From a virus (lineage: Duplodnaviria; Caudoviricetes): a stretch of 52,168 nt of DNA. The stretch covers positions 1 to 52,168 of IMG/VR virus record IMGVR_UViG_3300027917_000058. One strand, given 5' to 3'. Below are positions 45,744 to 52,168 of this stretch, one piece after another (positions within the stretch are counted from its first letter, which is position 1; each line of letters begins with the position of its first letter). The notes beneath the pieces were generated by a model. That model searched no databases, was not told the DNA's origin, and saw nothing but the letters and a program-made list of their open reading frames with translations. Position numbers and translations under genes: made by a program.

Positions 45744-46798
45744 CAGGGTCTCAGGTTCCGTTTCAGGGCGATATAGGCTACGCCGCCATCAAGAGGGGTT
45801 TTCCACTCAGCGACGACCCAAGATTCGCCTTCGATCTTTATCAAGGTGTTCTCTTCCAGATCGGGAAACACCGTGGCGTCACCGATCAGGATTTTCGCGA
45901 GCCCCTGCACGGAGCCAAAGTTGCCCATGATGTCGTCGTAGGTCGGATCTTCGACATGGAAGTAGGCCTCCTGGCCCCGGTATGTCACCAGCTTCCCATC
46001 CGTGGCTTGGATGATCGCCTGGAGGTGCGTGTCCGGGAAGAACTCGCCATAGTCTAGAGGAGAAGGGATGACAGCCTCGGTCACGGGACCGGAGACATCG
46101 GTATCCTTCACGATCTCCGCATAGGGAGATCCGCTCTGATGAATAGTGACCGTGGCCCCATAGGAACTCGACTCCTCAAACTCGGTGACTGCGAATGGCT
46201 GGATCGTGAAGTCGGGTTCGTAGACGATGCTGCCATCGATCCCGTTCTTCAGGACCACACAGAGGATGTCTGCCTCCGGGCTTTGAAAGAGGATGGTATC
46301 ACCAAACTCTGAGCGACCAATCAGTATGTCCGCCGTGGTGTCTGCGATCACCGTGGTCGAGCCCACCACCACCGTAGAGCCCAGTTGTACCCAATCGTCG
46401 TCGCTCTCGGCCTCCTCCACGGCAACAGACCGGGAGACGTTCTTGTAGTAGAACTTGGCTTCCCGTTGGCCAGATCCATTGTCCACTCGCAGGGTGCCGC
46501 GAAGGATCAGGAACCCGCCGTCTGCGATCGTCGGTTTCGCAGTGGAGATCATCGACCCCGAACTGGAGCCGGTATGCCAGAATATGGCGGGGAAGCCTCC
46601 ACTGCCGCTCTGGATCCTAAGCCCGAATCCGCCAACGCCATCCTCGTACTTACTCACAAGGACAGCGTGTTTTGTCGGCGTCCAATCCGCCATAGCCAAT
46701 GCAATTCTCACATCGAGATTGATGATGTCGAACGCAGGGCTATCAGGCGAGGATGTGTAATTGTCCTCGTTCCCTGGCAGGAAGAGTTTGGACGCCAT
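45743..46798 (-). CDS. LamG-like domain fused to a putative head-closure (gpFII-like) domain
   Basis: N-terminal LDVRI..AMADWTP...W.QLG lectin-like region; C-terminal ~100 aa (I.IEGESW.V.....DGG) resembling head-closure proteins. Confidence 0.55.
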   Translation of the reverse strand: MASKLFLPGNEDNYTSSPDSPAFDIINLDVRIALAMADWTPTKHAVLVSKYEDGVGGFGLRIQSGSGGFPAIFWHTGSSSGSMISTAKPTIADGGFLILRGTLRVDNGSGQREAKFYYKNVSRSVAVEEAESDDDWVQLGSTVVVGSTTVIADTTADILIGRSEFGDTILFQSPEADILCVVLKNGIDGSIVYEPDFTIQPFAVTEFEESSSYGATVTIHQSGSPYAEIVKDTDVSGPVTEAVIPSPLDYGEFFPDTHLQAIIQATDGKLVTYRGQEAYFHVEDPTYDDIMGNFGSVQGLAKILIGDATVFPDLEENTLIKIEGESWVVAEWKTPLDGGVAYIALKRNLRP

Positions 46799-46803
46799 CG
46801 GGC

Positions 46804-47109
46804 TTAGTCACTCCCTCCCAGAGCCGCTTCGATGGCGGCTGCACTTTTCGGCCCGATCCCCTTCAGCGATGTCAGGTCGTCCACTTTTAGGAGTGATTCC
46901 ACGGTAGCAAACCCAGCCGCCTCAAGGATCGAGCGGTACGGAAAATCATCCGGCAGCTTCACCTCCGTCAGTTCTGCCGGTTCCATGATTTCGACCGCGT
47001 GTCCGATCTTCTCCAGATCCTTCTGGCTCACGTCGAGGATTTCGGACGGCGTGCCGGGGATGTGCCATCGGCTTCCCCGCTTGATCGTTTGTAACGCTTT
47101 GGCCTTCAT
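46804..47109 (-). CDS. Small protein with C-terminal helix-hairpin-helix domain (gpFI position)
   Basis: LTSLKGIGPKSAAAI; directly after the major capsid gene; GAGG RBS. Confidence 0.7.
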   Translation of the reverse strand: MKAKALQTIKRGSRWHIPGTPSEILDVSQKDLEKIGHAVEIMEPAELTEVKLPDDFPYRSILEAAGFATVESLLKVDDLTSLKGIGPKSAAAIEAALGGSD

Positions 47110-47218
47110 CGTGCCTCTCCTCTCTTGCGATATGGCTGGGCTGAGAGCCCCCATCCGGGGAACTCCCAGCCGCAGCCGGTCAGCGGGTTGGCTAGGATCA
47201 ACCGGCTGACGCTACCGC

Positions 47219-48259
47219 TTACCCATTCAGAACGTCACAGAACAAGCTGGCGTTCGGGCGGTAAGGCACGACGAGCGGTGCGCTCTGCATGAGCAGCAAA
47301 CGCCGCGAAGGATCTTCCTCGACCCAGGACTTCAGGAAGAGGCGGCTGGCGCGATGGCTCGCGGCGTAGTCCTTGACCATGCCGTAGTGCCGCACGCCCT
47401 CCAGATCGTTGCCGTTGATGACGATGACGGAGCCGCTGGGCATCATATTCCCAGCCGTGCCGTCCTCATCAATGTACACATCGGAATAGACCCAGATGTT
47501 GAAGTCCCCGATGGAGCCTGGATTCCGAACGCGGTTGGCCGCGAGCGGACCCGTCTCAGCCCGGGAGGTGGAACCCCTCCGGGTTTCGAGCAGGGCAGTG
47601 ACCGCCGTATGCTGCCTGAACACAGCCCAGACATCCGGGGCCATGATGACATCGCGGGCCACCCCGCCTCCGTTGGTCTGGATCAAACCAGCCCATGTCT
47701 CGATGTCGCCAATCGGATCGGAGGCGGTGGTGTCCGACCACTTGTCCGTGCCGGTCAAGTCGGCAACAGTCAGGGCTGCGGCTCGCCCGAAGTCCACGAC
47801 CACATCATCGAACCCCTCACCGGAGATCGTGACCGTGCCCGTGCGAAGCACTTCGGAAGCCATCACCTCTTCCCGGCGCGTGAGCATCCGGTTCTGGTTC
47901 TGTACCGCCTGAGCGAGAAGACGCTGTGTCCGCTCCGCAGCCGAAAGGGAGCCCAAGGGCTGCTCGCCGGGGAGCCTCTTGACCGGAGCGTCTGGGTCCC
48001 AGAGCCGCTTGTCCTTGATGTACGCGGGCTTGAAGGTGTTGGTGGTGTACCCCTCATGCTCGACAATCCTGCCAGCCTTGAGAGGTGATACGAACGGGCT
48101 GATCCGGGGCTGTTCGTCCGTCACGTCGAAGTGAATCTCCTCCGACTCCTCAACCTGTTCGGTCCTGAAGAACGAGTTGAGGAAGAACGCAGCCGGATCG
48201 ATCTCCAGCTGCGCGACGACCCGGGCCAGCACGCCGGTTGTGAAAATATCGAGTGCCAC
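47219..48259 (-). CDS. Major capsid protein, lambda gpE family
   Basis: ISPFVSP, FKPAYIKDK, RREEVMASEVL..G, VDFGR, KSW.EEDPS...LMQSAPL. Confidence 0.95.
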   Translation of the reverse strand: MALDIFTTGVLARVVAQLEIDPAAFFLNSFFRTEQVEESEEIHFDVTDEQPRISPFVSPLKAGRIVEHEGYTTNTFKPAYIKDKRLWDPDAPVKRLPGEQPLGSLSAAERTQRLLAQAVQNQNRMLTRREEVMASEVLRTGTVTISGEGFDDVVVDFGRAAALTVADLTGTDKWSDTTASDPIGDIETWAGLIQTNGGGVARDVIMAPDVWAVFRQHTAVTALLETRRGSTSRAETGPLAANRVRNPGSIGDFNIWVYSDVYIDEDGTAGNMMPSGSVIVINGNDLEGVRHYGMVKDYAASHRASRLFLKSWVEEDPSRRLLLMQSAPLVVPYRPNASLFCDVLNG

Positions 48260-48314
48260 AGTGGTTCCTCCAGTTGAATGATCGCCTTAGCGTGTCTTGG
48301 CAGTGCTACCCGGA

Positions 48315-48710
48315 TCAAACCGGGGTCGCGGTCACTGGATCGACCAGATAAATCTGGTAGTCCCAGAGTCCTTGCTTGATCGACGCGGCAGTGTGGCCCG
48401 TGCCGATGGTGAGTTGATCCTGATTGAACCGGCCCCGGGTGTAGGCGTGCATCACCTTGTCCCCACCCGAAGCGTCCATGTCCTCTGCGGCGATGAGGCG
48501 CGGATTCTCGCTGCCGTCCGTGGAAGCGGAAAGCGAAGCAGCCGCCTTGCCGCTCGCTGTGATGATGCCCAGCACCGTGCCGCGCACCACGTTTTCTCCG
48601 CTGACCAGGGTAATCTCCTCTGCCTGTGCGCTGGGCTCACCGCCCGCCAACAGGTTGTCGGGAGTGTAGGTCCCCTGTGCAGCAAAAGACGGGTCCATTC
48701 CTTCAGCCAT
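48315..48710 (-). CDS. Head decoration protein (gpD-like)
   Basis: YTPDNLLAG, RGTVLG.ITASGK, DGSE.P..I.AED, G.FN. Confidence 0.9.
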   Translation of the reverse strand: MAEGMDPSFAAQGTYTPDNLLAGGEPSAQAEEITLVSGENVVRGTVLGIITASGKAAASLSASTDGSENPRLIAAEDMDASGGDKVMHAYTRGRFNQDQLTIGTGHTAASIKQGLWDYQIYLVDPVTATPV

Positions 48711-48765
48711 TGTGATTTCCTCCGAACAGAGTTCCCAAAAGGATTGCGATCAGATCACCACGTCA

Positions 48766-50088
48766 TCACCCGGCCACAGCAGCCGAAGCGAAATGACGGG
48801 TGACGGACGCGGCGACCTGTTCCTCCGTGACCCCTTCATCGGAGGTGACGGTGGTTGAAGCGACATCCTTCAAATCCTCCTCGTCGGCTGTCAGGGCCTC
48901 GTCGGTGGCTTGAAGTTTCCGCTTCTCCTGCTCCCCCTTGGCTGCGAGAATCGCTTCCGCAGCCCGACCGACCGTGCCGGTCGGATCCTGCATCATCCCC
49001 AGCTTCACCTTTTCGAACCCTGCGGCGTCGAGGGCGTGGATCTTGAGAATCCTTTCCCTCTCCCCGGAAGCCGCCTCTTCCCGGATCTCAGCCAGAAGAT
49101 CGGGATGGTTCGATGCCAGGAAAGCGCGATCGATTTCGACCGCTTCCAGCGTGGTTTCCACAACATCGGCCATGATTTGAGTCTCCCTGATTTGGTGATC
49201 GAGCCCTAACGAAGCCGCAAGGCTCTGTTGATTCGTCGGAGCCGAACCGGCCCCGTCAGAATATGCCTCTATCAGACCCTCAAGGGTCCCAACGCCATCT
49301 GCCAGACCTCCCGATACTGCGTCCGATCCAAGCAGGATGCCGCCCTTGTGTCGTGTGATCGCACTCTCCTCTACCCCCCGGTAGCTGGCGACGACCTCCA
49401 CGAAGACGTTCCCGATCCTGTCCACCAACCCCTGGATCTTCGCCTTCGCTCTCGCCGCCTCGTCAGCATCTTCGGAGAAGGGATCTACACGTTTGTCAGG
49501 GGAGACGGAGGATACAAACTCCATTCTCTGGATGCCCTCCATTTCGTCCTGCTTGCTGTAATCCACCACACTCAGGACGGCTCCGATGCTCCCCAACATC
49601 GAAGTCTTGGATGCCACGATCTTGTCAGTTGCAGCCGCCAGCCAGTACGCAGCCGAAGTACCGAGATGGGACACGTAAGCCGTTTGCGGCTTCACGCCCC
49701 GGAAGCTGTAAATGAGTTCGGCTGTCTCAGCCACTCCATCCACCTCACCCCCGGGGCTGTTGATGTCGTAGATGACGTGACGGACATCCGGGTTCGCCAT
49801 GACCGTTCCGATGTCGGTAGACAACCGTTCGAAGGAGGTCGCCCCGGAGATCGCGGTGAACAGGTTGGCGTACCGGAACAAGGGACCGGCGACAGGGATG
49901 ATCGCGACCCCGTTCCTGACAGTGGCTTCTACTGTGTTGGGGATCGGTTTTCCCCATTGCTTTTCGATGGCTTGCAGGATCGCGTCCCGGTGATTGAGAT
50001 CCCGGTCAGCGATTGCAGCCATGAGCCGCAGGTAGTCATCGAGAATGGCCCATTGCCTGGACTCGATGAACCGAAGTGCGAGACTCAT
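48766..50088 (-). CDS. S49-family prohead protease / scaffold (gpC/Nu3-like)
   Basis: DINSPGGEVDG, SAAYWLA, GSIG; C-terminal scaffold region with ERERI. Confidence 0.93.
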   Translation of the reverse strand: MSLALRFIESRQWAILDDYLRLMAAIADRDLNHRDAILQAIEKQWGKPIPNTVEATVRNGVAIIPVAGPLFRYANLFTAISGATSFERLSTDIGTVMANPDVRHVIYDINSPGGEVDGVAETAELIYSFRGVKPQTAYVSHLGTSAAYWLAAATDKIVASKTSMLGSIGAVLSVVDYSKQDEMEGIQRMEFVSSVSPDKRVDPFSEDADEAARAKAKIQGLVDRIGNVFVEVVASYRGVEESAITRHKGGILLGSDAVSGGLADGVGTLEGLIEAYSDGAGSAPTNQQSLAASLGLDHQIRETQIMADVVETTLEAVEIDRAFLASNHPDLLAEIREEAASGERERILKIHALDAAGFEKVKLGMMQDPTGTVGRAAEAILAAKGEQEKRKLQATDEALTADEEDLKDVASTTVTSDEGVTEEQVAASVTRHFASAAVAG

Positions 50089-51740
50089 GCCGCATCCTCC
50101 TGTTCATTGGACTCGGTCCCCGCGTCTTCTTCCCCACCCTCCTGGGCCGGGACAGACTGAGCAGCAGAACTCGCTGCATAGGCCATCCCGCTGTTTTCCA
50201 GCCGCGCCTTCTCTGCCTCACGCTGCGGCTGGACCTCGCTGTCCCAATCGCGCCCCGTCATCGCAGCGGTTTCTTCCGATCGCGTGGTGAAACCGCCGTC
50301 CACGCGAATGACCGCAGCCTGGGCGGAATCTTTCTCGTTGATCGCGCCGGGGGCATCGCCCACCCATGTCGAACCCAGCCACGCCATCTTCTTCATGTCA
50401 TCCACAAGGAAACCCGGGAGATCGATGAGCCCAGCGATCACAGCATCGATCATCACCCACTCATAGACCATCTGGAGGAAGTTCTGTGAGAGCCATGTCC
50501 GACGCCCCCGGAAGAACCGCCACGCATCGAGCAGTGCGGCACGGGAGGCCGAATAGCTCTGTCCGTAGACGTGCATAAGGATCTCGTAGGGGATCTCCAA
50601 TGCCATACCGATCTGCTGGACGATGGAACGGAAGAAGGGATCGTATGCGTTGTTCGGACGGTTGGGGGAAGCCGTTGTGATGTCCTCCCCGGGGAGTAGA
50701 TCAACCACACCTCCGGGATTGAGAAAGATGTCACCCGTCTTTGTGGGGATTTCTTCGGAGCCTTCAGGAGCGGAGGGGAGCCCACCCGTCTGGGGCTGCT
50801 CGGTTTTCACGAAGACCGTGAAGAGGGACGAGACGACCGATGCGGTGAGTTCATAATCGGTCAGGCGAGAAATCTGCTTCAACGGCTCCACCACGGGAGC
50901 CAACGCGGGGACGCCCCTCCGCTGCCCAGGACGCCTCTTGTCGAAGAGAAGCCTGGAAAGGGGAACACCGTTCCGGCCCGTCTTCACGATCCGGTACCAT
51001 CTCGCGTCCCCCGCCCTGTCCAGAAGAATCTGACCGGGATGACGGTCAGCAACATGATAGGCTCTGGTCACGCCCCGCGCATCGCACTCCACTCCCCCCG
51101 TGATCCGATCCGTGTCCATCGTGTTGTTCGGATTGCTGATCCGGTCTGCCTCGACAAGCTGAACCTTCAATGGGACCAGATTGCCAGGACGAGAATCACG
51201 CCGACGTACCACCAGCACATCGCCGGATTCGAACACGCCACGAAACGCCATCTGCTGGAGATCCATCATGGAAACGTCTCCCTCGAAATCGAGAGAATCC
51301 TTCACCCATTTCCAGATTCGCTCCATCTCCCGCTGCTTGCCCTGCGCGGCTTCCTCGGTGATTCCCAGGAATGTTGAATCAATCCGGGAGTGCAGACGCA
51401 TCCCGGTTCCCACCACGTTTGTTGTGGCGGTATTCGATGCGCCCGCAGCGATGGCACTGTTTCGAGTCAGGTCCCGGGAGCGACCACGGATCGTCTCTGC
51501 CTGATACAGAAAGTCCTCGTTGGGCTCCGACGCTAGAGGATGCCACTCCTGAAGACTCTTCTTCTCCGAAGATCCAGCGGTGTAACCCATCGATGAGGCG
51601 AGCCGGATCGCGTTCGCCTCTTGGATCCGTGCAGCCAGCCGCTTCACGCCCCCGGTGGGAGAGAAGAAGCTGACGACCTTGTCATAGAGTGTGGATTTGA
51701 TCTGAGTCTGGGGGGCGGGTCTGATCGTGACTCTGCTCAT
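50085..51740 (-). CDS. Portal protein, lambda family
   Basis: RGRSRDL.RN, LVEADRI.NP, GGVE.D..G...AYH, RPGQ.RGVP, YSASRAALL. Confidence 0.96.
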   Translation of the reverse strand: MSRVTIRPAPQTQIKSTLYDKVVSFFSPTGGVKRLAARIQEANAIRLASSMGYTAGSSEKKSLQEWHPLASEPNEDFLYQAETIRGRSRDLTRNSAIAAGASNTATTNVVGTGMRLHSRIDSTFLGITEEAAQGKQREMERIWKWVKDSLDFEGDVSMMDLQQMAFRGVFESGDVLVVRRRDSRPGNLVPLKVQLVEADRISNPNNTMDTDRITGGVECDARGVTRAYHVADRHPGQILLDRAGDARWYRIVKTGRNGVPLSRLLFDKRRPGQRRGVPALAPVVEPLKQISRLTDYELTASVVSSLFTVFVKTEQPQTGGLPSAPEGSEEIPTKTGDIFLNPGGVVDLLPGEDITTASPNRPNNAYDPFFRSIVQQIGMALEIPYEILMHVYGQSYSASRAALLDAWRFFRGRRTWLSQNFLQMVYEWVMIDAVIAGLIDLPGFLVDDMKKMAWLGSTWVGDAPGAINEKDSAQAAVIRVDGGFTTRSEETAAMTGRDWDSEVQPQREAEKARLENSGMAYAASSAAQSVPAQEGGEEDAGTESNEQEDAA

Positions 51741-51961
51741 CGCGGCACCACCGTTCTGACCCTCATTCCACCGGCTGTATCACGAGCCAATTCCTCATCG
51801 AGATCAGCCAGAAGCTTCCGAAGCTGATCGATGTCATGTTCCCGGTACCGGCGACCATTGAACTCTGCCTCCCGGAATCCCCCCAGGAGACGTAGGAGTG
51901 CGGCATAACACGCATCCCGCAACGCCTGAACCTGCGCTCGCTCTGCGTCTGTCAGTGCCAT
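51737..51961 (-). CDS. Head-tail adaptor (gpW-like)
   Basis: ~74 aa with NGRRY...DIDQLR; immediately upstream of the portal with ATGA overlap. Confidence 0.8.
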   Translation of the reverse strand: MALTDAERAQVQALRDACYAALLRLLGGFREAEFNGRRYREHDIDQLRKLLADLDEELARDTAGGMRVRTVVPR

Positions 51962-51978
51962 CTGGTATCCCATCCATA

Positions 51979-52018
51979 GAAAAAGCCCCCTTCCCCACCG
52001 ATCTGGTGAGCCGGGGGC
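51979..52018 (-). terminator. Intrinsic terminator upstream of the head operon
   Basis: Minus strand GCCCCC-GGCT-CACCAGATCGGTG-GGGAA-GGGGGC-TTTTT. Confidence 0.6.
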
Positions 52019-52061
52019 CATCATCAGGGCCAGTAGAAACCGCTGATCTGTCCTGACCACG

Positions 52062-52091
52062 AAGATATGTGTCTAATCAACACGCTGTCAA
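52062..52091 (-). promoter_or_regulatory. Putative late promoter
   Basis: Minus strand TTGACA-18 nt-TATCTT, about 40 nt upstream of the terminator. Confidence 0.6.
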
Positions 52092-52168
52092 GCCTTAAAT
52101 TGTCCCATGAAGTGAAACATTGCTTAGACAACCCATCAACTAGCGAAGTATCGCAGTCGTGCGTCACC

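Noticed and set aside
47135-47210. Hairpins after the major capsid gene as a novel ncRNA
   Set aside because: They are adequately explained as a terminator or stabilising stem after a highly expressed gene; a similar hairpin follows the major tail gene near 44135-44170.

Overview
This window is about 52 kb of a high-GC, lambda-like tailed phage or prophage. Almost all genes are on the minus strand, in transcription order: gpW-like adaptor, portal, S49 protease, decoration protein, major capsid, neck/tail genes with a G/GT frameshift, tape measure, tail tip, lysis cassette, a second structural cluster, an AlpA/Xis-like HTH, a YqaJ/Gp3-like/SMC-like recombination module, RuvC, a minimal PolX, an initiator with internal iterons, a DnaC-like loader, and the small and large terminases. 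A short plus-strand block at the left end carries a DUF2201/VWA protein and a 7 x 17-bp repeat. No integrase, tRNA or canonical CRISPR array is visible. The standout is 11994-13772: a stand-alone RAMP/Cas7-like gene, a translationally coupled accessory gene, and directly upstream a ~510-bp non-coding array with strict 5-nt periodicity (GGH-NN on the transcribed strand), cut into about 7-8 units by a GCAGAC-type anchor. Reading only the variable dinucleotides as codon positions 1-2, two units spell tyrosine-integrase catalytic motifs (VHDLRRTFRT and KVVQERLGHSS). This suggests a gapped, wobble-skipping RNA-guided system aimed at competing mobile elements, resembling what I recall being described as VIPR systems (not verifiable here). 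All family assignments are by motif recognition and synteny, not database searches.
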